The notes below the pieces were generated by a model. It worked only from the letters and a program-made list of their open reading frames with translations. It did not search any database and was not told the DNA's origin. The translations under genes and the position numbers were made by a program. From an uncultured Ruminococcus sp. (GTDB lineage Bacteria; Bacillota; Clostridia; UBA1212; UBA1255): DNA of 37,751 bases. Shown here piece after piece: positions 15,599-23,125 of the stretch. The stretch spans positions 1 to 37,751 of the forward strand of contig CADBOE010000124.1 in assembly GCA_902796205.1 (NCBI GenBank). Direction: 5' to 3'. Every line of letters starts with the position of its first letter. The first letter of the stretch is position 1.

Positions 15599-15673
15599 CG
15601 ACGCGTCCCTGCTGCCGCGGTCACATCAAGCGATCCCCGATCCCGACCGGCAGAGACAGCCGACAGCTGCCAA

Positions 15674-15859
15674 CCGACCGCCGGCAACTGATCGCTGAAA
15701 ACTGACCGCCGACAACCGACAGTTGACGACCGACCGCCGGCAACTGATCGCTGAAAATTGACCGCCGCCCGCGTCCGCAAAAACGCCGGTTCAGCCGACT
15801 TCGCCAATTCAGCCAACTTCGCCAATTCGGCCAATTCAGCCGGTTCAGCCGACTTCGCC
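15674..15859. repeat. Two pairs of direct repeats filling the convergent intergenic region. One is a 38-mer CCGACCGCCGGCAACTGATCGCTGAAAA(C/T)TGACCGCCG x2 (period 56). The other is a 20-mer CCGGTTCAGCCGACTTCGCC x2 flanking AATTCAGCC-type degenerate repeats.
   Basis: The 38-mers are at 15674-15711 and 15730-15767. The 20-mers are at 15786-15805 and 15840-15859. The second 20-mer ends 4 nt from the SEDS gene stop codon. Confidence 0.85.
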
Positions 15860-15862
15860 GGT

Positions 15863-17047
15863 TTATTCGAAAAAGTCTTTTTTCCGCCTGAGCGAAACGC
15901 TCAGAAGAAGTCCGATACAGACGTAATTGGTAATCATCGCGCTGCCGCCCTTGCTGACGAACGGAAGCGGAAGGCCCGTGATCGGCATTATCCCCATATT
16001 CATCCCGATATTCTCAAAAAGATTGAACAGAAACATGGCGAGAATGCCCGCGGCGACGCATTTGCCGAACATATCCCTCGCTCTCGCGGATATATATACC
16101 ATCCGCATAAGCAAAAGGCCGAAAAGAACAATCAGCAGCAGCGAAACGATAAATCCGCCCTCTTCTCCGATCACCGCGAAAATTGAATCGGACATTTTAA
16201 CGAGAATCTTTTTGCCGGAATTCATCGCGCCCTGCCCAATCCCCTGTCCGGTGAGTCCGCCGGAACCGATGGCGGTCTCCGAACGTATCAGCTGAAGCGA
16301 ATAATCCGGATATTTTTCAGGATCGAGAAACGCGAACAGCCGCGCGCGCCTCGTTCCGTTGAGAAAGAATTTCCACATGAACGGCACCGCGGCGCCTCCG
16401 GCGGCAACGACCGAAAGTATATACCACCACTTCGCTCTTCCCACAAAAAGGACCATCAGAAACGCAAAAACGAGCACCATCGCCTGCCCCATATCCTTCT
16501 GAAGGATAATGAGGCCGAGCGGCAGCACGAACGCTCCGGTGACGATCAGCACGCGTCTGAGGCCGAAGCCCTCTTCCTGCGCCTTCTCGAGCTGTATCGC
16601 GACCGCCAGGACCATTGCGAGCTTCATAAGCTCGGACGGCTGGTACGTAAAGCTGCCTATGCCTATCCACGCGCGGCTGCCGTAGTCCTCGATCCCGAGG
16701 GGCGTGAAGACGCTCAGCATCAGCAGCACGTTCAGGGCGTAGAACGGCCATATGATTTTTTTAAGAAGATTGTAATCGAAAAAAGCCAGAATCAGCGCGA
16801 AAATCACGCCAACAACAAGTCCGGCGATCTGCGAACGCATTGCCGACGACCCCCCGTCGGCGTACATGTTTCCCATCGCGCTTCCGAGAAAAATCAGGCC
16901 GATCACCGTTATTGCCAGCACGATAAGCATAAGGAAATAATCAAATTCGCTGAGATAATCCGTCGCTTTATTTATCGATATCTGGCGGAAAAGCCGGTGC
17001 TCGTCGCGTTTTATTATATTGCGGTCGCTTTTCCCCGTTCTAAACAT
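15863..17047 (-). CDS. FtsW/RodA/SpoVE-family (SEDS) peptidoglycan glycosyltransferase
   Basis: Multi-pass membrane protein with family motifs WIGIGSFTYQPSELMKLAMVL, TAIGSGGLTGQG, DSIFAVIGEEGG and PLPFVSKGGSAMI. Confidence 0.9.
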   Translation of the reverse strand: MFRTGKSDRNIIKRDEHRLFRQISINKATDYLSEFDYFLMLIVLAITVIGLIFLGSAMGNMYADGGSSAMRSQIAGLVVGVIFALILAFFDYNLLKKIIWPFYALNVLLMLSVFTPLGIEDYGSRAWIGIGSFTYQPSELMKLAMVLAVAIQLEKAQEEGFGLRRVLIVTGAFVLPLGLIILQKDMGQAMVLVFAFLMVLFVGRAKWWYILSVVAAGGAAVPFMWKFFLNGTRRARLFAFLDPEKYPDYSLQLIRSETAIGSGGLTGQGIGQGAMNSGKKILVKMSDSIFAVIGEEGGFIVSLLLIVLFGLLLMRMVYISARARDMFGKCVAAGILAMFLFNLFENIGMNMGIMPITGLPLPFVSKGGSAMITNYVCIGLLLSVSLRRKKDFFE

Positions 17048-17116
17048 TTTTCGATGTTTCCGTTAATTTTCCGCTGAAGTATTCGACTGAACGTCAGCGT
17101 CCTGCGCGGCTTCATT

Positions 17117-17230
17117 TATCGCGTCACCGGCGATTTCCGCCGCGGACTTTTCAGCTCCGTTCACCGCGTCACCGGCGTTTCCGCCGCTGACTTTTCAGCT
17201 TCGTTCACCGCGTCACCGGCGTTTCCGGCG
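17117..17230 (-). repeat. About 2.6 copies of a 44-45 nt tandem repeat spanning the lgt stop codon
   Basis: + strand units at 17117-17160, 17161-17204 and 17205-17230 (partial). The lgt TGA (17163-17161) sits exactly at a unit junction. The unit length is not a multiple of 3, so consecutive copies are read in different frames. Confidence 0.85.
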
Positions 17231-18273
17231 ATTCCCGCTGCTGCATCCTCAGCAACGCCCGCTGTCTCGGCGGCGTTTCCGGCAACCTCAGCTGCCGCAT
17301 TATCGGCAACGCCGGTCTCTTCAGCCTCTTTAAGTCTTTCAAGCGTGCCGGCGAACCCGCTCGACTCGCCGTTTCCGTCGTCGGCAGCGCCCTCGTAGAC
17401 CGCTTTGCGCCAGCGGACTTTCAGATCGATGAAAAGCGCGATTCCGACCACGACAAGGATCCCGGAAAGGAGCTGCGAGACGCGGATCCCCGTATTTCCT
17501 ATATACAGGCTGTCCGTTCTCAGCCCCTCGACGAGCATACGCTCGGTCCCGTAAAGGACCATATAGATCGCGAGCAGTTCGCCGCTGTTTTTATAGAACC
17601 TGCTCCGCCTGTAGAGCATGATCACCGCAAATACAATAAGGCACCACATCGACTCGTAGAAAAACGTGGGATGTACGAGCGTTCCGGCCTTCCAGCCGGC
17701 CTTCGCCACGTCGGCCTGGATCCTGCTTCCGGTCATGCCCCACGGAAGAGTCGTCGGCCCTCCATAAGCCTCCTGATTGAAGAAATTGCCCCAGCGCCCG
17801 ATTGCCTGCCCGAGCGCAACGTAGCCCATGAAAAAGTCAACCACCCTCAGGAATTTCTGCTTTTTCACCCTCGACACGACAAAGACGGCGATTACCGCGG
17901 CAATAATTCCTCCGTAGATCGCCAGCCCGCCTTCCCAGAAAGCAAAAACCTTCCAGAAATTGTCCCTGTATTGCGAAAAATTGAAAGCAACGTAATACAC
18001 GCGCAGCCCGATTATCGCCGCCGGAAGTGCGAAAATAAGATAATCCAGAAGATCGTTCTGCTCGATCCCGTATTTTTTGCACGATCTCATCCCGAGGATG
18101 ATGCACAGCAGCACGGCGCCGCTGATCAGCAGGCCGTACCAGCGTATTTCAAAGCTTCCGATGGTAAACGCCACGTCGCTGACGTTGAGCTTCAAGCCGT
18201 GATTCCTGAAGAGGTTCGGAAATTCAACGTAGCTTTCAGCCAGCAACGATATTGCTCCCGATAAAAATCCCAT
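17161..18273 (-). CDS. lgt: Phosphatidylglycerol--prolipoprotein diacylglyceryl transferase (Lgt) with an ~85-aa Ala/Glu/Gly-rich C-terminal tail
   Basis: RBS GGGAGGA. Lgt signature GRWGNFFNQEAYG, plus HPTFFYES and multiple TM helices. The tail ...AAAEVAGNAAETAGVAEDAAAGIAGNAGDAVNEAEKSAAETPVTR is repeat-derived. Confidence 0.93.
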   Translation of the reverse strand: MGFLSGAISLLAESYVEFPNLFRNHGLKLNVSDVAFTIGSFEIRWYGLLISGAVLLCIILGMRSCKKYGIEQNDLLDYLIFALPAAIIGLRVYYVAFNFSQYRDNFWKVFAFWEGGLAIYGGIIAAVIAVFVVSRVKKQKFLRVVDFFMGYVALGQAIGRWGNFFNQEAYGGPTTLPWGMTGSRIQADVAKAGWKAGTLVHPTFFYESMWCLIVFAVIMLYRRSRFYKNSGELLAIYMVLYGTERMLVEGLRTDSLYIGNTGIRVSQLLSGILVVVGIALFIDLKVRWRKAVYEGAADDGNGESSGFAGTLERLKEAEETGVADNAAAEVAGNAAETAGVAEDAAAGIAGNAGDAVNEAEKSAAETPVTR

Positions 18274-18294
18274 AGTAATTCCTCCCTGCCCGCT

Positions 18295-19245
18295 TCACAC
18301 AGGCATTGCGGCTCTGGCGGCGGCATCTTCCCCGATCTGGCGGGACAGACCGGAAGGATCGCTGAAAACGATCTCGTCTCTCATTTTCCTTATAAATCCG
18401 ACGCGGAGCTCTTTTCCGTAAACATCCCCTGCGAATCCGAGCAGATGCGTCTCGACGCTGACAGATCCGTCCGTATCATGAAAGGTCGGATTGTTCCCCA
18501 CGTTCGTGATCCCGCGGTACACCGCGTCTTCCCCGCTTATACGGCACACGGTCGCGTAAACGCCGCGCGGGGGCAGCGCGCAGGCGGAGCACGGCCGAAG
18601 GTTTGCGGTCGGAAAGCCGAGCTTTCGCCCAACGCGTCTTCCTTCGGCAACGGTACCTTCCAGCATATAATCAGCTTTCGCGAGCCTCGAATAAGTCCCG
18701 AAATCGCCCTCGCCGACGCATTTACGGAGCAGCGAGCTCGATACCGTCTGTTCCGCGCCTCCGGCGTCCATCCTGCACGGCGGCATGATATACGTGGCGA
18801 AGCCGTATTTTCGTCCGAGTTTTTCGAGCGTTTCGGCGCCGCCTTTTCCACCCCGTCCGAACGAATAATTTTCACCGGCCGCGGCCAGTTTTACGTTCAG
18901 CCTTCCGACAAGAATATTTTTTACGAAATCCTCCGGTTCCGTTTCGCAGACCGCGCGGTCAAACCAGTCGAAGCAGAGCTTACGCGCTCCCGCGGCGGAA
19001 ATGTATTCCGCCTTCGTCCTGTTCGTCGTAAGGAGCTTAGGCGCTCTGTCCGGAGAGATCACCCGCGCGGGGTGGTTTATGAAAGTATAGACGCAGGGAA
19101 CGAGTCCGTCCGCGTTCGCCCTCTCCGCCGTCCCGGCGATCAGCTTTCTGTGTCCGGCGTGCACTCCGTCGAAGCAGCCGAGCGCCACGGCGGTATGCAC
19201 GTTTTCGGGTGACGAATATTGTCCCGGGCCGTATAAAATGTCCAT
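18295..19245 (-). CDS. ribF: Bifunctional riboflavin kinase / FMN adenylyltransferase (RibF)
   Basis: Motifs GCFDGVHAGH, GFPTANL, NVGNNPTF and ETHLLGF...YGKELRVGFIRKMRDE. The start is taken at ATG 19245, which overlaps the upstream gene's TGA (TGATG). The longer GTG start at 19260 has its only SD directly abutting the codon. Confidence 0.9.
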   Translation of the reverse strand: MDILYGPGQYSSPENVHTAVALGCFDGVHAGHRKLIAGTAERANADGLVPCVYTFINHPARVISPDRAPKLLTTNRTKAEYISAAGARKLCFDWFDRAVCETEPEDFVKNILVGRLNVKLAAAGENYSFGRGGKGGAETLEKLGRKYGFATYIMPPCRMDAGGAEQTVSSSLLRKCVGEGDFGTYSRLAKADYMLEGTVAEGRRVGRKLGFPTANLRPCSACALPPRGVYATVCRISGEDAVYRGITNVGNNPTFHDTDGSVSVETHLLGFAGDVYGKELRVGFIRKMRDEIVFSDPSGLSRQIGEDAAARAAMPV

Positions 19246-20621
19246 CAGAACGGACGCCACTCCTTGTACGCCGCCACCGCGTCGTCGTAGGAGATATTGC
19301 GGGCTTCGTCGTAAAATTCACTGAAGTTTATGCTCGGGAACCTGGGCGTGCCGGTCCCATCGTACGTGCTGAAAATGCTCTGGAATTTGACGAACGCAGT
19401 TCCGTCAAGATTCGCGCGGTCCTGAAGGATCACGTTTCCGAGATCGGCTCTCGTGTTCGCGTACCAGTTCGCTCCGACGCTGCAGAAATATTCGAAGCCG
19501 AAGTCGTTCAGGACCTGCTGGGCGGGAGGACACGTCTTGCCGTCGGAGGAACGCTTCCAGCTGCCGTAGGGATAGACGTATATCTTCGTCTCGCCTATGA
19601 GCGGTATGACCTCGCTGTTGAATTTGCTGGCGCAGTCGTACATATTGTCTCTCGAGTATCTTTCCATGGCGCCGTGCTTGTACGAGTGGCTAGCGAAATA
19701 CCATCCGGTGGCCTTCAGCGCGGCGATTACCGGCTTCACGGCCTCGATCTCGCGCTGTCTGTCGGCTTCGGTACGTCCGTCGCCGTCGGCGACGCGCTGA
19801 GTCCTGTAGCCGAGGATGCCGTCAAATCCGGTAAGGCAGATCATTCCCTTCGCACCTTCGAACGAAAAATCGGGATGCTCCTCGACGAAGCTGTCGATGA
19901 TCGGTACGAATTCCTCGTCAAATCCCTGGACAACGGTCCCGTCCTTGTGCTTCGTGTACGTACCGACTTTTCCGTCGATCAGTATGAGCTTGTCTATCAT
20001 GCCTCTGCCCATTTTGTTGCTGTAATAGCAGGTGTCGTCGAACGAGAACACGAGCGGCTTCTTCCCTTCGGGGAATTTGAACGTCTTTTTGAGTCTCGGC
20101 ACGCCGCTGCCGTCTTTTTCGTAAACGTAATTTATATTTACGAGCATATATCCGTCCTTATACAGGGCGTCGAGTATTTTTTTGAATTCCTTAACGGTTA
20201 TGCAGTCAACGAAATAAGTCGACTGTACTTTTTCAACGTTGGTGGCGTTGTTCAGCGCTTCCGTCGCGAAGGCGAGCTCGGGAAACGCGATGAGCGAGTG
20301 TGTGAAAACGTGCTCCACTTTTCCGCTGTAGTCAACGAGCTTGAGCTCCGCAGGCGCCGTCGGTACCGCAGTGGGAACTTCCGTGGGAGGTATCGGCGTA
20401 ACGTTGTCCGCCGTCTGCGACGACTCGGTGGAACCGGGCGCGTCGGTAGCTCCCGCGTCTGACGAAGGCGTATTGTCCGTAATGATCCTTCCGGGATCAG
20501 GCGTGTTGTTGCTCCTGCTCATAAACGCGATGACAGCGATCAGCGCCACTATTACAGCAAGCATAACCACGATCATTATTTTCAGTCCGTTACCGTTCTT
20601 TGCGATTCTTTGATCTGCCAT
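19245..20621 (-). CDS. Membrane-anchored polysaccharide deacetylase (NodB-homology) family protein
   Basis: RBS GGGAGGA. N-terminal TM segment LKIMIVVMLAVIVALIAVIAF, a Thr/Pro linker, and motifs VFSFDDTCYY and FASHSYKHG consistent with the NodB-type metal/catalytic pattern. The family call comes from motifs only. Confidence 0.65.
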   Translation of the reverse strand: MADQRIAKNGNGLKIMIVVMLAVIVALIAVIAFMSRSNNTPDPGRIITDNTPSSDAGATDAPGSTESSQTADNVTPIPPTEVPTAVPTAPAELKLVDYSGKVEHVFTHSLIAFPELAFATEALNNATNVEKVQSTYFVDCITVKEFKKILDALYKDGYMLVNINYVYEKDGSGVPRLKKTFKFPEGKKPLVFSFDDTCYYSNKMGRGMIDKLILIDGKVGTYTKHKDGTVVQGFDEEFVPIIDSFVEEHPDFSFEGAKGMICLTGFDGILGYRTQRVADGDGRTEADRQREIEAVKPVIAALKATGWYFASHSYKHGAMERYSRDNMYDCASKFNSEVIPLIGETKIYVYPYGSWKRSSDGKTCPPAQQVLNDFGFEYFCSVGANWYANTRADLGNVILQDRANLDGTAFVKFQSIFSTYDGTGTPRFPSINFSEFYDEARNISYDDAVAAYKEWRPF

Positions 20622-20716
20622 TTAATATTCCTCCCATCGGCATTCTGACGCTCCCGGAGGTCCTCCGGCTTCCGCTCTCAAAAGAGGCGTGCCGGCCCCG
20701 CGCGGGAGATCCGACG

Positions 20717-21475
20717 TCATTCTTCTTCCGTTACTGTCAGCGAGGCGGTGAGCCTCGTTCTGTTTCCTCCTCTGTCTTCAAGCAGAATATCTATTACCTG
20801 CACTCCGACCTTCCCGAAGTCCGGCTCGGTAAGCAGAGATACGGCAACGTCTGTTTCGTCCGATACCGATTGTATGAAATCCGTAACGGTAAGCGCCGTT
20901 CCTTTTTTCACCACTCTGTCGCGGGCAACTCCGACCGGAGGCACCGTGTCCCTGACTTCAATGGCCGTTTCGTATCTGGTTTCCTCTCCGCCGGCCTGCC
21001 TGTATATTAGATAAACTCTGTACGTTCCGGGTATTCTGAAATTTATCTGCGTTATATCGGTCTCGTAATAGATCTGTGCTCCGGCGGCAATTTCCTTTTT
21101 CCCCGTCTCGGTAAGGAGCTGTTCGGCGGCCGGCCCGCTGCTGCCCGCTTCGAAAACGACCGAGCTCATAACGGGAACAACGTTCTTTTCTCTCCGTCCG
21201 AATATCGCTTTGGCAAGCTTTACTATCCCGAATATCACAAGCGCCAGAATCGCGAGGGCAATAACGATCGCCGCCGCCCGCCTGATCATGTATTTTCTTT
21301 TCAGCTTTTTCCGCTTTTCGGCAGCCGCTCTCGCCGCCGCTTTTTTCTGCAGCACGGCCGCGGCTCCGGAACGTTCCTCAACCGGTCCGGCGTAGGTTCT
21401 CGCGGAGGCGCTTTCATTCTCAAGCACCGCTCTGTGACTGTTTCTTCTGTAATTATATTCGTTGCCGTCCGCCAT
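20717..21475 (-). CDS. Single-pass membrane protein with extracellular Ig-like (DUF5011-like) domain; function unknown
   Basis: Basic cytoplasmic N-terminus (KRKKLKRKYMIRR) and TM helix AAAIVIALAILALVIFGIV. The C-terminal pattern DTVPPV...KGTALTVTDF...VSDETD...DRGGNRTRLTASLTV resembles Ig-like adhesin-type domains. The SD is weak (AAGAGA). Confidence 0.6.
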   Translation of the reverse strand: MADGNEYNYRRNSHRAVLENESASARTYAGPVEERSGAAAVLQKKAAARAAAEKRKKLKRKYMIRRAAAIVIALAILALVIFGIVKLAKAIFGRREKNVVPVMSSVVFEAGSSGPAAEQLLTETGKKEIAAGAQIYYETDITQINFRIPGTYRVYLIYRQAGGEETRYETAIEVRDTVPPVGVARDRVVKKGTALTVTDFIQSVSDETDVAVSLLTEPDFGKVGVQVIDILLEDRGGNRTRLTASLTVTEEE

Positions 21476-21649
21476 AATCAGTCTCTTTTGTCAATGTAGT
21501 CAATTCATTAAAGTTAATTAAATTTTAAGCCGTGCCGGGAAGCCTCCGGCACACATCGTTATTGTATTATATTTCCTTTTCAAAATCAATAGGCAGCTTG
21601 CGCCCGGATGCTGCCTGAACGCGCCCGAACGGGTCCCGTCACGGAGCCG

Positions 21650-21955
21650 GCAACCCGGGTCTGTCCCCCGTTGCACCCTTCCGGGGACAGGGTCGAAACC
21701 GGGGTCTGTCCCTCGTTGCACCCTGCCTTGGGGACAGATCGAAAAACCGCGAAACCCGGGTCTGTCCCCCGTTGCATCTTTGACCTCAGCCTGATTTCGG
21801 GGCAGCCGCAACGTACCGGAAAATAACGGAAAATTTAATCCAGACAGCGGAAAATATCCGGAAATAAACAAGCAGAGGCCTTACGGGAAAACGATTTCCG
21901 CAATTGTCAGCATCGGTATATTAAAATGTGAAACCCGGGTCTGTCCCCCGTTGCA
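21650..21955 (+). repeat. Four copies of REP-like A (forward orientation) interleaved with inverted partial cores (GGGGACAG) in the 599-bp divergent intergenic region
   Basis: Copies at 21650-21675, 21695-21720, 21751-21776 and 21930-21955. Inverted GGGGACAG at 21683-21690 and 21731-21738 gives CTGTCCCC...GGGGACAG hairpin potential. Confidence 0.9.
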
Positions 21956-21992
21956 CCACAGTTGCAAATTCCGCCGGCCGACGCCTGAATCC

Positions 21993-22021
21993 TTGACCGA
22001 AACAGCAAAACGGAGTACAGT
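21993..22021 (+). promoter_or_regulatory. Candidate promoter TTGACC-17 nt-TACAGT for the sugar-phosphate isomerase-fold gene
   Basis: Hexamers at 21993-21998 and 22016-22021, about 50 nt upstream of RBS GGAAGGAG. The -10 matches 4 of 6 positions. Confidence 0.3.
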
Positions 22022-22074
22022 AAGGAACGGTTTCCGCACACAAAACAGATTTTTCAAAACGGAAGGAGATATGC

Positions 22075-22995
22075 GTGATGAAGATCGCGGTACAAACGGG
22101 CGGCCCGGAAGAAAGATTAGGAACGGACACGACCTACAGGATCATAAAAGAAGCAGGATTTGACGGAGTTGACGTTAATCTCGACCACCTGTACTCCGGA
22201 GGCGACATCCGCGCGCGGAAAAGATCGGCAGTATTCGACGCCGGCGAAAAAGAAATGCTCGCCGCCTGCCGGCCGTGGAAGGATGCGGCCGAAAAATACG
22301 GACTCGAAAACTATCAGGCGCACGCGCCGTTCCCGTCGCTTCTGCCGCCTGCCGGCTCGGACCCGGATTTCAACGACTACATTCTGACGTGCCTTGAAAA
22401 AACGATACGGTGCTCTGCATATATCGGCGCAAAAAGACTCGTTATCCACCCGTTCTTCCTCGGGCTGCCGGACCCGCTCACACGCGAAGAAGAGCGCGAG
22501 CTCAACGTCCGGAGCTACTCAAGGCTCATTGACGCCGCCCGGAAAAACGACGTCATCATCTGTCTTGAAAACATGTTTTCCGTTTTCCGCGGGAAGATCT
22601 ACGGCGCTTGCTGCTCGGACGTCGCCGACGCGTGCTACTACGTTGATACCCTGAACGCGATCGCGGGCGAAAAAAGATTCGGCTTCTGCCTCGACACCGG
22701 ACACATACTGCTTGCGGGCAAAGACGTTTACGACGTGATGGTGCAGCTCGGCAGCCGCATCGAAGCGTTCCACGTTCACGACAACAACGGCGTTTCCGAC
22801 CAGCATCTCGCCCCTTATATGGGCATTCTCGACTGGAACCGGTTCGTGAAAGGACTGGCCGCGACCGGATTCGACAAAACGATGAGCTTCGAAACGTTCA
22901 ACGTCTGGAATACAGTCGACAACGAGCTCTGCCCGGATCTGATGAAATTCATTGCAAAAGCAGGCAGGACGTTTGCAAAACGCGCCGGAGTCTGA
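22075..22995 (+). CDS. Sugar phosphate isomerase/epimerase (xylose isomerase-like TIM barrel, AP_endonuc_2 fold)
   Basis: Family pattern ...LVIHP..., ICLEN, FCLDTGH and FHVHDNNGVSDQHLAPYMG. RBS GGAAGGAG. The start is GTG 22075 or the adjacent ATG 22078. Confidence 0.8.
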   Translation: MMKIAVQTGGPEERLGTDTTYRIIKEAGFDGVDVNLDHLYSGGDIRARKRSAVFDAGEKEMLAACRPWKDAAEKYGLENYQAHAPFPSLLPPAGSDPDFNDYILTCLEKTIRCSAYIGAKRLVIHPFFLGLPDPLTREEERELNVRSYSRLIDAARKNDVIICLENMFSVFRGKIYGACCSDVADACYYVDTLNAIAGEKRFGFCLDTGHILLAGKDVYDVMVQLGSRIEAFHVHDNNGVSDQHLAPYMGILDWNRFVKGLAATGFDKTMSFETFNVWNTVDNELCPDLMKFIAKAGRTFAKRAGV

Positions 22996-23125
22996 CAAAT
23001 CTGACACGCGCGGCGCCGAAAAGCCGGAAGAAGCAAATCGGACGTCGGCAAAATCGGACATCGGCGGAGCCGTGGAGCCGGGAAACCCGACGCCGCGAAA
23101 AACCGGAACGGATTCAGTCCGGCGG

